A DNA stretch of 37,102 nucleotides from Malacoraja senta. Taxonomy: Eukaryota. The notes beneath the pieces are model-generated. The model made no database searches. It saw nothing but the letters and a program-made list of their open reading frames with translations, and was not told where the DNA came from. How positions within the stretch are numbered: the stretch's first letter is position 1; each line of letters starts with the position of its first letter. The stretch spans positions 1 through 37,102 of the forward strand of contig JAXLNO010000515.1 in the NCBI GenBank assembly GCA_038087875.1. Reading direction: 5' to 3'. Both the position numbers and the translations under genes were made by a program. Positions 23,678 to 34,480 of the stretch are shown one piece after another.

Positions 23678-26600
23678 ATGAAGGCCAGGGCAGTTTACTG
23701 TTCTGGATGTCAGATGTGGGAAGTCATGGAGTCTGATAGCCCTCCAGACGTCCACATCTGCGTCAGGTGTATCGAGATGGGGCTCCTAATGGACCGTATT
23801 AGGAACCTGGAGCAGCAGCTCGATGACCTCCGTCTGGTCAGGGAGAGCGAGGAAGTCATCGAGAGGAGTTACAGGGATGTGGTCACTCCAACACCACAGG
23901 AGGCAGGCAAGTGGATCATGGTTGGGAGAGGCAAGGGGCACAGGCAGGGACTAGAGAGTACCCCGGTGGCTGTACACCTTGACAATAAGTACTCCTGTTT
24001 GAGCACTGTTGGGGTGGACAGCCTACCTGGGGGTAGCGACAGCGGCCGGGCCTCCGGTATAGAGACTGGTCCTGTTGCTCAGAAGGGTAAGAAGAGGAGG
24101 GCAATATTAATAGGGGACTCTATAGTTAGGGGGTCAGACAGGCGATTCTGTGGACGCAGTCGGGAGACCCGGATGGTAGTTTTCCTCCCTGGTGCCAGGG
24201 TCTGTGATGTGTCTCAACGTGTCCAAGACATCCTGAAAGGGCAGGGAGAGGAGCCCGAAGTCGTGATACATATAGGTACCAATGACATAGGTAAAAAAAG
24301 AGAAGAGGTCCTGAAAGGAGAATTTAGGGAGTTAGGAGGGGAGTTAAAGAGAAGGACAGCGAAGGTAACAATCTCGGGATTACTGCCTGTGCCACGCGAC
24401 AGTGAGAGTAGGAATGGAGCGAGGTGGAGGATAAATGCGTGGCTGGAAGGACTGGTGCAGAAGGCAGGGATTCAAATTTCTGGATCATTGGGACCTCTTT
24501 TGTGGAAGGTACGACCTGTACAAAAAGGATGGGTTGCACTTGAACCTGAGGGGGACCGATATCCTGGCGGGGAGATCTGCAAAGGCTACTGGGGAGACTT
24601 TAAACTAGAATGGTTGGGGGGAGGGACTCAAATAGAGAATGCTATTAGACAGTGTGTGAGGCAGGAGGCAGAGAAGGAAAGCACTCAGACCCAACATGTA
24701 GGGGGGAAAGAAGAAAACAATAATAAACAGAGAATAAGAGGTGGTGGGGTTCTTAAATGGGTGAGCAGAGAAACAGAGGGGTGCAAAATGCAGGCGGAAG
24801 CAATAGGTAGCAAGGTGAAAAGTAAAAGTGGCAGGCAGACAAATCCAGGGCAAAAATCAAAAAGAGCCACTTTCCAACATAATTGTATAAGGGGTAAGAG
24901 CGTTGTAAAAACAAGCCTGAAGGCTTTGTGTCTCAATGCAAGGAGCATTCGTAATAAGGTCGATGAGTTGAACGTGCAGATAGCAATTAATGATTATGAT
25001 ATAGTTGGGATCACGGAGACATGGCTCCAGGGTGATCAAGGCTGGGAGCTGAACATCCAGGGATATTCAATATTCAGGAGGGATAGACAGAAAGGAAAAG
25101 GAGGTGGGGTAGCGTTGCTGGTTAGAGAGGAGATTAACGCAGTGGAAAGGAAGGACATTAGCTTGGAGGATGTGGAATCGGTATGGGTAGAGCTACGAAA
25201 TACTAAGGGGCAGAAAACGCTGGTGGGTGTTGTGTACAGGCCACCTAGCAGTAGTAGTGAAGTTGGGGATGGCATCAAACAGGAAATTAGAAATGCGTGC
25301 AACAAAGGCAAAACAGTTATAATGGATGACTTCAATCTACATATAGATTGGGTGAATCAAATTGGCAGGGGTGCTGAGGAAGAGGATTTCTTGGAATGTA
25401 TGAGGGATAGTTATCTAAACCAACATGTAGAGGAACCAACGAGAGAGCAGGCTATTCTAGACTGGGTATTGAGTAATGAGGAAGGGTTAGTTAGCAGACT
25501 TGTTGTGCGTGCCCCCTTGGGCAAGAGTGACCATAATATGGTTGAGTTCTTCATTAGGATGGAGAGTGACATTGTTAATTCAGAAACAACGGTTCTGAAC
25601 TTAAAGAAAGGTAACTTTGAGGATATGAGACGTGAATTGGCCAAGATTGACTGGCAATTAGTTCTAAAAGGGTTGACGGTGGATATGCAATGGAAAGCAT
25701 TTAAAGACTGCATGGATGAACTACAAAAAATGTTCATCCCAGTTTGGCAAAAGAATAAATCAGGGAAGGTAGTGCATCCGTGGATAACAAGGGAAATCAG
25801 GGATAGTATCAAAGCAAAAGATGTTGCGTACAATTTAGCCAGAAAAAGCAGCATACCAGAGGACTGGGAGAAATTCAGAGACCAGCAGAGGAGGACAAAG
25901 GGCTTAATTAGGAAAGGGAAAATAGATTATGAAAGGAAACTGGCAGGGAATATAAAAACTGACTGCAAAAGTTTTTATAGATATGTGAAGAGAAAGAGAT
26001 TAGTTAAAACAAATGTAGGTCCCTTGCAGTCAGAAACAGGTGAATTGATCATGGGGAACAAGGATATGGCGGACCAATTGAATAACTACTTTGGTTCCGT
26101 CTTCACTAAGGAAGACATAAATAATCTGCCGGAAATAGCAGGGGGCCGCGGGTCAAAGGAGATGGAGGAACTGAGTGAAATCCAGGTTAGTCGGGAAGTG
26201 GTGTTGGGTAAATTGAATGGATTAAAGGCCGATAAATCACCAGGGCCAGATAGGCTGCATCCCAGAGTACTTAAGGAAGTAGCTCCAGAAATAGTGGATG
26301 CATTAATGATAATTTTTCAAAATTCTTTAGATTCTGGAGTAGTTCCTGAGGATTGGAGGGTAGCAAACGTAACCCCACTTTTTAAGAAGGGAGGGAGAGA
26401 GAAAACGGGGAATTACAGACCAGTTAGTCTAACATCGGTAGTGGGGAAACTGCTAGAGTCAGTTATTAAAGATGGGATAGCAGCACATTTGGAAAGTGGT
26501 GAAATCATTGGACAAAGTCAGCATGGATTTACGAAAGGTAAATCGTGTCTGACGAATCTTATAGAATTTTTCGAGGATGTAACTAGTAGAGTGGATAGGG

Positions 26601-27724
26601 GAGAACCAGTGGATGTGTTGTATCTGGACTTTCAGAAGGCTTTCGACAAGGTACCAAATAAGAGATTAGGATACAAGCTTAAATCACACGGTATTGGGGG
26701 TTCAGTATTGATGTGGATAGAGAACTGGCTGGCAAACAGGAAGCAAAGAGCAGGAGTAAACGGGTCCTTTTCACAATGGCAGGCAGTGACTAGTGGGGTA
26801 CCGCAAGGCTCAGTGCTGGGACCCCAGCTATTTACAATTTATATTAATGATCTGGACGAGGGAATTGAAAACAACATCTCCAAGTTTGCGGATGACACTA
26901 AGCTGGGGGGCAGTGTTAGCTGTGAGGAGGATGCTAGGAGACTGCAAGGTGACTTGGATAGGCTGGGTGAGTGGGCAAATGTTTGGCAGATGCAGTATAA
27001 TGTGGATAAATGTGAGGTTATCCACTTTGGTGGCAAAAACGGGAAGGCAGACTATTATCTAAATGGTGGCCGATTAGGAAATGGGGAGGTGCAGCGAGAC
27101 CTGGGTGTCATGGTACACCAGTCATTGAAAGTAGGCATGCAGGTGCAGCAGGCAGTGAAGAAAGCGAATGGTATGTTGGCCTTCATAGCAAGAGGATTTG
27201 AGTATAGGAGCAGGGAGGTTCTACTGCAGTTGTACAGGGTCTTGGTGAGACCACACCTGGAGTATTGCGTACAGTTTTGGTCTCCAAATCTGAGGAAGGA
27301 CATTATAGCCATAGAGGGAGTGCAGAGAAGGTTCACCAGACTGATTCCTGGGATGTCAGGACTTTCATATGAAGAAAGACTGGATAGACTTGGCTTATAC
27401 TCGCTAGAATTTAAGAGATTGAGAGGGGATCTTATAGAAACGTACAAAATTCTTATGGGGTTGGACAGGCTAGATGCAGGAAGATTGTTCCCGATGTTGG
27501 GGAAGTCCAGGACAAGGGGTCACAGCTTAAGGATAAGGGGGAAATCCTTTAAGACCGAGATGAGGAAAAACTTTTTCACACAGAGAGTGGTGAATCTCTG
27601 GAACTCTCTGCCACAGAGGGTAGTTGACGCCAGTTCATTGGTAATATTTAAGAGGGAGTTAGATGTGGTCCTTGTGGCTAAAGGGATCAGGGGGTATGGA
27701 GAGAAGGCAGGTACGGGATACTGA
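23678..27724 (+). CDS. CR1 ORF1-ORF2 fusion ORF (1348 aa): CxxC..CxxC finger, partial SGNH esterase, AP endonuclease and reverse transcriptase
   Basis: IGDSIV and HIGTND (SGNH blocks I and III); [43 protein letters not shown] and KFADD. The native ORF1 C-terminus (DGLH) is in another frame at 24447-24608. Confidence 0.9.
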   Translation: MKARAVYCSGCQMWEVMESDSPPDVHICVRCIEMGLLMDRIRNLEQQLDDLRLVRESEEVIERSYRDVVTPTPQEAGKWIMVGRGKGHRQGLESTPVAVHLDNKYSCLSTVGVDSLPGGSDSGRASGIETGPVAQKGKKRRAILIGDSIVRGSDRRFCGRSRETRMVVFLPGARVCDVSQRVQDILKGQGEEPEVVIHIGTNDIGKKREEVLKGEFRELGGELKRRTAKVTISGLLPVPRDSESRNGARWRINAWLEGLVQKAGIQISGSLGPLLWKVRPVQKGWVALEPEGDRYPGGEICKGYWGDFKLEWLGGGTQIENAIRQCVRQEAEKESTQTQHVGGKEENNNKQRIRGGGVLKWVSRETEGCKMQAEAIGSKVKSKSGRQTNPGQKSKRATFQHNCIRGKSVVKTSLKALCLNARSIRNKVDELNVQIAINDYDIVGITETWLQGDQGWELNIQGYSIFRRDRQKGKGGGVALLVREEINAVERKDISLEDVESVWVELRNTKGQKTLVGVVYRPPSSSSEVGDGIKQEIRNACNKGKTVIMDDFNLHIDWVNQIGRGAEEEDFLECMRDSYLNQHVEEPTREQAILDWVLSNEEGLVSRLVVRAPLGKSDHNMVEFFIRMESDIVNSETTVLNLKKGNFEDMRRELAKIDWQLVLKGLTVDMQWKAFKDCMDELQKMFIPVWQKNKSGKVVHPWITREIRDSIKAKDVAYNLARKSSIPEDWEKFRDQQRRTKGLIRKGKIDYERKLAGNIKTDCKSFYRYVKRKRLVKTNVGPLQSETGELIMGNKDMADQLNNYFGSVFTKEDINNLPEIAGGRGSKEMEELSEIQVSREVVLGKLNGLKADKSPGPDRLHPRVLKEVAPEIVDALMIIFQNSLDSGVVPEDWRVANVTPLFKKGGREKTGNYRPVSLTSVVGKLLESVIKDGIAAHLESGEIIGQSQHGFTKGKSCLTNLIEFFEDVTSRVDRGEPVDVLYLDFQKAFDKVPNKRLGYKLKSHGIGGSVLMWIENWLANRKQRAGVNGSFSQWQAVTSGVPQGSVLGPQLFTIYINDLDEGIENNISKFADDTKLGGSVSCEEDARRLQGDLDRLGEWANVWQMQYNVDKCEVIHFGGKNGKADYYLNGGRLGNGEVQRDLGVMVHQSLKVGMQVQQAVKKANGMLAFIARGFEYRSREVLLQLYRVLVRPHLEYCVQFWSPNLRKDIIAIEGVQRRFTRLIPGMSGLSYEERLDRLGLYSLEFKRLRGDLIETYKILMGLDRLDAGRLFPMLGKSRTRGHSLRIRGKSFKTEMRKNFFTQRVVNLWNSLPQRVVDASSLVIFKRELDVVLVAKGIRGYGEKAGTGY

Positions 27725-27924
27725 GTTGGATGATCAGCCATGATCATATTGAATGGCGGTGCAGGCTCGAAGGGCCGAATGGCCTACTCCTGCACCTATT
27801 TTCTATGTTTCTATGTATCTATGTATCCACCTGGGGCAGTAGTTGTCTGTGGGACAATAATTGCTCTCTGACTCGTTGCTCTTTGCACAAAGTGGCTGCT
27901 TGCATTTCCTTAAGTCAGAAAAGA

Positions 27925-28235
27925 CCATAACACACAGAATCAGAATTAGGCCATTCGGCCCATCGAGTCTACTCCACCATTCAATCATGGCTGATCTATC
28001 TCTCCCTCCTAACCCCATTCTCCTGCCCTCTCCCCATTACCCCTGACACCCGCACTAATCAACAATTTATCTATCTCTGCCTTAAATATATTCACTGACT
28101 TGTGGCCTCCACCGATCTCACAGATTCATCACCCTCTATTGAAAGAAATTCCTCCTCATCTCCTTCCTAAAGGAATGTTCTTTAATTCTGAGGCTGTGCC
28201 CTCTGGTCCTAGACTCTCCCACTAGTGGAAACATC
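27925..28235 (-). mobile_element. Older CR1 3'-end fragment
   Basis: Reverse complement of the CR1 3' UTR (AGGCCATTCGGCCC..TTCAATCATGGCTGATC) and of the ORF2 end. Confidence 0.85.
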
Positions 28236-28552
28236 TTTTTAGTTTAGTTTAGAGATACAGCACGGAAACAGGCCCTTCAGCCCACAGAGTCTGTACCGAC
28301 CAGTGATCACCCTGTACACTCGCACTATCCCACACACTAGGGACAGTTTTACAATTACCGAATTACCAAAGGCAATTAACCTACAAACCCGCACGTCTTT
28401 GCAGTGTGGGATGAAACCAGACACCCGGAGAAAACCCACGCAGGTCATGGAGAGAATGTGCAAACTCTGTACAGACAGCACGCGTAGTCAGGATGGAACC
28501 CGGGTCTCTGGCACTGTGAAGCAGCAAATCTACCATTGCACCACGATGCCAA
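28236..28552 (-). mobile_element. tRNA-derived V-SINE (HE1-like) with a CR1-type tail
   Basis: Minus strand: A box TGGTGCAATGG, B box GGTTCCATCC, V-domain GAGTTTGCACATTCTC..GGGTTTTCTCCGGGTG..AAAGAC, and tail GAAGGGCCTGTTTCC..(TAAAC)n. Confidence 0.88.
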
Positions 28553-28740
28553 CCCATTTTTTGTTATTTTTCTATACATGATTCTATTTTTATTCCACAC
28601 CAGCTCGCTGGTTCACAAATTGTTCACATTGAGAATGTCAACGTGAGGGGAAACTTTCCACACAGAGGGTGGTGGGTGTGTAGAACGAGCTCCCGGAGGA
28701 GGTAGTTGAGGCTGAGACTCGCACACTTGGACAGGTAATA

Positions 28741-30103
28741 ATAATAATAATAGATTTTATTTATATAGGCGCTTTTCAGGACTCAAAGTCGCTTTACAAA
28801 TGAGAGTCAAGAATAAACAAAACAAAATAGAGCAGTAAGACAGAGATGCAAAGGGGAGGGGAACATGGAACTAAGGGTATGCAGAGGTGAAGAGATGGGT
28901 CTTGAGGCGGGACTGGAAGATGGTGAGGGACTCAGAATTTCGGACCAGTTGTGGGAGGGAATTCCAGAGCCTGGGAGCTGCCCTGGAGAAGGCTCTGCCT
29001 CCAAAAGTGCAGAGGTTTTGATTTCAGAGTGGAGAGGAGACCAGCTGATGTGGATCTGAGGGACCGTGAGGGTTGGTAGGGGGAGAGGAGGTCAGTGAGA
29101 TAAGGGGGGGCCAAGTTGTTGAGGGCTTTGTTGGTGAGGACCAGGGCTTTGTAGGTGATCCGGTGGGAAATGGGAAGCCAGTGAAGTTCTTTGAGAACTG
29201 GGGGTGATGTGGTGCCAGGATTTGGTGTGGGTAATGAGTCGAGCGGCTGCATTCTGGACCAGTTGGTGTCGGTTGATGCTGCTGGAATTGATTCCAAACA
29301 GAAGAGAGTTACAGTAGTCCAGTCGGGAGGAGATGAAGGCATGGATGAGTCTTTCAGCAGCGGGGGGTGTGAGAGAGGATCTGATTATGGCAATGTTGCG
29401 GAGGTGAAAAAATGATGTTTTGACAACATGGCGGATGTGAGGCTCAAGGGAGAGGGTTGAGTCAAAGATCACGCCAAGGTTGCGTGCCTGAGGAGATGGG
29501 GAGACAGTGGTGCCGTCAATAGTGAGAGTGGGGTTGTTAATTTTAGTGAGTGTTGATTTGGAGCCAATGAGGAGAAATTCTGTTTTGCTACTGTTTAATT
29601 TAAGGAAGTTGAGTTGCATCCAAGATTTGATGGCTGATAGGCAGGAGTTGATATGGGAGAGAGGGAGTGGTGGGGGGACTTGGTGCTGAGATAGATCTGG
29701 GTGTCATCAGCATAGCAGTGGAAGGCCAGGTTGAAGTGACGGAGTATATGACCAAGGGGGAGGATGTAGATGATGAAGAGGAGGGGACCAAGAACGGAGC
29801 CTTGGGGAACGCCTTTGAGAGACAGTGGCTGTGGCAGAGGTGTGGTTATGGAGAGAGATGAAGTGGGATCGGTTGGAAAGGTAGGAACGGAGCCAGCTGA
29901 GTGCAGAACCTTCAATGCCAAGGTCCCTAAGTCTGGTGAGCAGGATGTTATGGTTGACGGTATCGAAGGCTGCACTCAGGTCGAGGAGGATGAGGATATT
30001 GAGGGAGCCAGTGTCAGCAGAGGTAAGGAGGTCATTGAGGACTTTGAGGAGAGCAGTTTCTGTGCTATGCAGGGGGCGAAAGCCAGTTTGGAGGGGTTCG
30101 AAT
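28741..30103 (-). mobile_element. 5'-truncated, frameshifted L2-clade LINE (RT and 3' end)
   Basis: [53 protein letters not shown] and LHWLP. (TTA)n tail at ~28736-28752. Possible TSD AGGTAATA at 28733-28740 and 30104-30111. Confidence 0.93.
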
Positions 30104-30111
30104 AGGTAATA

Positions 30112-32650
30112 TGCGAGGAGGTGGGACTGGTGTAAATGGGGCATGTTGGCCGGTGTGGGCAAGGTGGGCTGAAGGAAGGGCCTGTTTCCATGACTCTGGG
30201 ACTAGTGTAGATGGGGCATGTTGGCAAGTTGGGCTGAAGGGCCTGTTTCCGTGACTCTGGGACTAGTGTAGATGGGGCATTTGGCCGGGTGGGGCAAGTT
30301 GGGCTGAAGGGTCTATTTCCATGACTCTGGGACTAGTATAGATGGGGCATGTTGGCCGGTGTGGGCAAGTTGGGCTGAAGGAAGGGCATGTTTCCGTGAC
30401 TCTGGGACTAGTGTAGATGGGGCATGTTGGCCGGTGTGGGCAAGTTGGGCTGAAGGAAGGGCCTGTTTCTGCGCTGGGTGACTAGTGTAGATGGGGCATG
30501 TTGGCCGGTGTGGGCAAGTTGGGGTGAAGGGCCTGTTTCCGTGACACTGGGACTGGTGGGGATGGGGCATGTTGGCCGGTGTGGGCAAGTTGAGCTGAAG
30601 GGCCTGTTTCCGTGACTCTGGGACTAGTGTAGATGGGGCATGTTGGCCGGTGTGGGCAAGTTGGGCTGAAGGAAGGGCCTGTTTCTGCGCTGGGTGACTA
30701 GTGTAGATGGGGCATGTTAGCCGGTGTGGGCAAGTTGGGCTGAAGGGCCTGTTTCCGTGACTCTGCAACGAGCATAGATGGGGCACATTGGCCGGTGTGT
30801 GCAAGTTGGGCTGAAGGGCTTGTTTCCGTGACTCTGTAACTAGTGTAGATGGGGCATGTTGGTCAGTGTGGGCAAGTTGGGATAGAAACATAGAAACATA
30901 GAAAATAGGTGCAGGAGTAGGCCATTCGGCCCTTCGAGCCTGCACCGCCATTCCAATATGATCATGGCTGATCATCCAACTCAGTATCCGTACCTGCCTT
31001 CTCTCCATATCCCCTGATCCCCTTAGCCACAAGGGCCACATCTTACTCCCTCTTAAATATAGCCAATGAACTGGCCTCAACTACCATCTGTGGCAGAGAG
31101 TTCCAGAGATTCACCACTCTCTGTGTGAAAAAGTTTTTCCTCATCTCGGTCTTAAAGGATTTCCCCCTTATCCTTAAGCTGTGACCCCTTGTCCTGGACT
31201 TCCCCAACATCGGGAACAATCTTCCTGCATCTAGCCTGTCCAACCCCATAAGAATTTTGTACGTTTCTATAAGATCCCCTCTCAATCTCCTAAATTCTAG
31301 CGAGTATAAGCCAAGTCTATCCAATCTTTCTTCATATGAAAGTCCTGACATCCAGGAATCAGTCTGGTGAACCTTCTCTGCACTCCCTCTATGGCTATAA
31401 TGTCCTTCCTAAGATTTGGAGACCAAAACTGTACGCAATACTCCAGGTGTGGTCTCACCAAGACCCTGTACAACTGCAGTAGAACCTCCCTGCTCCTATA
31501 CTCAAATCCTCTTGCTATGAAGGCCAACATACCATTCGCTTTCTTCACTGCCTGCTGCACCTGCATGCCTACTTTCAATGACTGGTGTACCATGACACCC
31601 AGGTCTCGCTGCATCTCCCCATTTCCTAATCGGCCACCATTTAGATAATAGTCTGCCTTCCGTTTTTGCCACCAAAGTGGATAACCTCACATTTATCCAC
31701 ATTATACTGGCATCTGCCAAACATTTGCCCACTCACCCAGCCTATCCAAGTCACCTTGCAGTCTCCTAGCATCCTCCTCACAGCTAACACTGCCCCCAGC
31801 TTAGTGTCATCTGCAAACTTGGAGATGTTGCTTTCAATTCCTCATCCAGTTCATTAATATAAATTGTAAATAGCTGGGGTCCCAGCACTGAGCCTTGCGG
31901 TACCCCACTAGTCACTGCCTGCCATTGTGAAAAGGACCCGTTTACTCCTACTCTTTGCTTCCTGTTTGCCAGCCAGTTCTCTATCCACATCAATACTGAA
32001 CCCCCAATACCGTGTGATTTAAGTTTGTATCCTAATCTGTTATGTGGTACCTTGTCGAAAGCCTTCTGAAAGTCCAGATACAACACATCCACTGGTTCTC
32101 CCCTATCCACTCTACTAGTTACATCCTCGAAAAATTCTATAAGATTCGTCAGACACGATTTACCTTTCGTAAATCCATGCTGACTTTGTCCAATGATTTC
32201 ACCACTTTCCAAATGTGCTGCTATCCCATCTTTAATAACTGACACTAGGGATAAAGGGCCTGTTTCCGTGACTCTGGGACTAGTGTAGATGGGGCATGTT
32301 AACCGGTGTGGGCAAGTTAGGCTGCAGGAAGGGCCTGTTTCCGTGACTCTGGGACTAGTGTAGATAGGGCATGTTCGCCAATGTGGGCAAGTTGGGCCGA
32401 AGGGCCTGTTTCTGTGACTCTATGACAAGTGTAGATGGGACATGTTGGCCGGTGTGGGCAAGTTGGGCCGAAGGGCCTGTTTCCGTGCTGGGTGACTGTG
32501 ACTAGTGTAGATGGGATATGTGGTGGGAATGGGGCAAGTTGGGCTGAAGGGCCTGTTTCCGTGCTGGGTGACTCTGTGACTAGTGTAGATGGGACATGTT
32601 GGTGGGCATGGAGCAAGATGGGCTGAAGGGCCTGTTTCCGTGCTGGGTGA
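30112..32650 (+). repeat. ~66-75-bp minisatellite derived from a CR1/SINE 3' tail, interrupted by the CR1 at 30885-32247
   Basis: Units of GACTAGTGTAGATGGGGCATGTTGGCCGGTGTGGGCAAGTTGGGCTGAAGGGCCTGTTTCCGTG; the GAAGGGCCTGTTTCCGTG motif is shared with the V-SINE tail. Confidence 0.9.
30885..32247 (-). mobile_element. 5'-truncated CR1 of the same family as 23324-27826
   Basis: Reverse complement of ~26454-27815 with several 1-nt indels; ATAGAAACATAG tail; possible TSD GGGATA at 30879-30884 and 32248-32253. Confidence 0.95.
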
Positions 32651-33024
32651 CTACCATTCTGAACTTCCAAGAGTAACACCCCCCTTTCTCTGCATCACTT
32701 ATTGTTAATAAAGAAAGTTTATATTTGCTGTGTTTAGAAACATAGAAAAATAGGTGCAGGAGTAGGCCAATTATTCACGCACCATTCATCACGTACTTGC
32801 TTTGGATTGGCTCTATAAACTTTAACAGTGCCTTTAGAGTCGTTCAATAAAAGACACAAAAACTATTTGTTCATTAAAACATCTGCCAGCAGCATATGAC
32901 TCTAACCATGCTTAAAGCTTCTAAATATATAAAATATAAAACACCAGTCAGCCTACCAAAGCTCCAACAAAAACATCCTCTCCATTCTATGGCCATCTAA
33001 ATCCTCGAAAGATGTAGCAACAAT

Positions 33025-33530
33025 TTGTGGACTCGTACATCGGCGAGACCAAACGTAGACTGGCCGATCGTTTCATGGAACACCTTCGCTCAGCCCTCTG
33101 ATCCTGCCTGATCTCCCGGTTGCTGGACACTTTCATTCTCCTTCCCATTCCCACACACAGACCTTTCTGTCCTCGGTCTCCTCCACTGTCAGAGTGAGGC
33201 CCAGCACAAATTGGAGGAACAGCATCTCGTATTTCGCTTGGGCAGCTTACAGCCCAGTGGTATGAATCTTGATTTCTCTAACATAAAGTAACCCCGGCAT
33301 TCCTCTCTCACCATTTCTCCCTCACCCAAGTCACACCCACCAACAGCTAACAATAGCCTGTTTCCTTAATTTTCATTTGTTCTTTATCTCTCTACATCCA
33401 TTGTCTACATCTCTCATTTCCCTTTCCCGTGACTTTCAGACGAAGGGTCTCAACCCGAAACGTCACCTATCCATGTTCTCCACAAATGCTGCCTGACCAG
33501 CTGAGTTACTCCAGTGTTTCGTGTTTGTCT
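33025..33530 (+). mobile_element. Penelope-like element 3' part: GIY-YIG endonuclease remnant and pseudo-LTR
   Basis: YIGETKRRLADRFMEHLRS..DLPVAGHFHSPSHSH..DLSVLGLLHCQSEAQHKLEEQHLVFRLGSLQPSGMNLDFS, followed by a hammerhead-like motif at 33437-33464. Confidence 0.92.
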
Positions 33531-33574
33531 TTTGTGAGAACATTATGTTCCGTTGTGCTGTAAATGCACCTTAT

Positions 33575-33766
33575 CCCCCCTCCTGTTTAAATTGACGAGT
33601 TCTCCAAATCCACTCTTTCCAGGCCTTTCATTATTTCTGTAGGTTTCAGTGAGATCCACCTAAATCTTTCTAAACTCCATGAGTACAGGCCCAGAACCTT
33701 CAAACGCTCCTCATACATTAACCCAATCATCCCAGGAATCAATCTTGTAACCTCCTCTGGACCCTG
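33575..33766 (-). mobile_element. CR1 ORF2 fragment
   Basis: TRLIPGMIGLMYEERLKVLGLYS. Confidence 0.85.
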
Positions 33767-34480
33767 CACTAGTCAGAGTGATACAGCGCGGAACAGGCCC
33801 TTCAGCCAACTTGCCCACAACGATCAACATGCCCCATCTACACTAGTCATAGTGATACAGCACGGAAACAGGCCTTCAGCCCAACTTGCCCACAACGACC
33901 ACATGCCCCATGTACACTAGTCATAGAGTGATACAGCACGGAAACAGGCCCTTCAGCCCAACTTGCCCACACCGCCCAACATGCCCCATCTACACTAGTC
34001 ACAGTGATACAATGTGGAAACAGGCCCTTTGGCCCAACTTGCCCACACCGACCAACCATGTCCCATCTACACTAGTCACAGAGTGATACAGTGTGGAAAT
34101 AGGCCCTTCAGCCCAACTTGCCCATATCGCCCAACATGCCCCATCTACACTAGTCACAGTGATACAATGTGGAAACAGGCCCTTTGGCCCAACTTGCCCA
34201 CACCGACCAACATGTCCCATCTACACTAGTCACAGAGTGATACAGTGTGGAAATAGGCCCTTCAGCCCAACTTGCCCATATCGCCCAACATGCCCCAGCT
34301 ATGCTGGTCCCACCTGCCTGCGTTTGGCCCATACCTCTCCTATACATGTACCTGACTGTTTATTAAATGTTGGGATAGTCCCAGCTTCAACTACCTCCCC
34401 CTGCAGCTCGTTCCATACACCCACCACCCTCTGTGTAGAAAGGTTACCCCTCAGATTCCTATTAAATCTGTTCCCCACCT
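33767..34480 (-). repeat. Same tail-derived minisatellite in the opposite orientation, still attached to its CR1 3' end (34300-34480)
   Basis: Units of CACTAGTCA..GGAAACAGGCCCTTCAGCCCAACTTGCCC..AACATGCCCCATCTA, followed by LRGNLSTQRVVGVWNELQGEVVEA on the minus strand. Confidence 0.88.

Larger units (their letters stand above)
23324..27826 (+). mobile_element. Full-length CR1-clade LINE
   Basis: 5' UTR with ATTGG (CCAAT) boxes and a 20-bp repeat; ORF1 with Cys-rich finger, coiled coil and SGNH esterase; ORF2 with APE and RT; CR1 3' UTR ending in (TTTCTATG)-type octamers. Confidence 0.97.

Noticed and set aside
23678..27724. A new single-ORF LINE type or a domesticated host gene
   Set aside because: A single extra base explains the fusion, and near-identical mobile copies lie nearby.
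22085..27747. Minus-strand ORFs over the CR1 copies
   Set aside because: They are antisense shadows of ORF2 with no independent motifs.
28440..28552. tRNA gene
   Set aside because: The A/B boxes belong to a SINE head fused to a V-domain and a CR1 tail; no cloverleaf is supported.
30112..34300. CRISPR-like array, or the 255-aa repetitive protein at 30313-31080
   Set aside because: The repeats are contiguous with no unique spacers, there are no cas genes and the context is eukaryotic. The ORF is minisatellite read-through.
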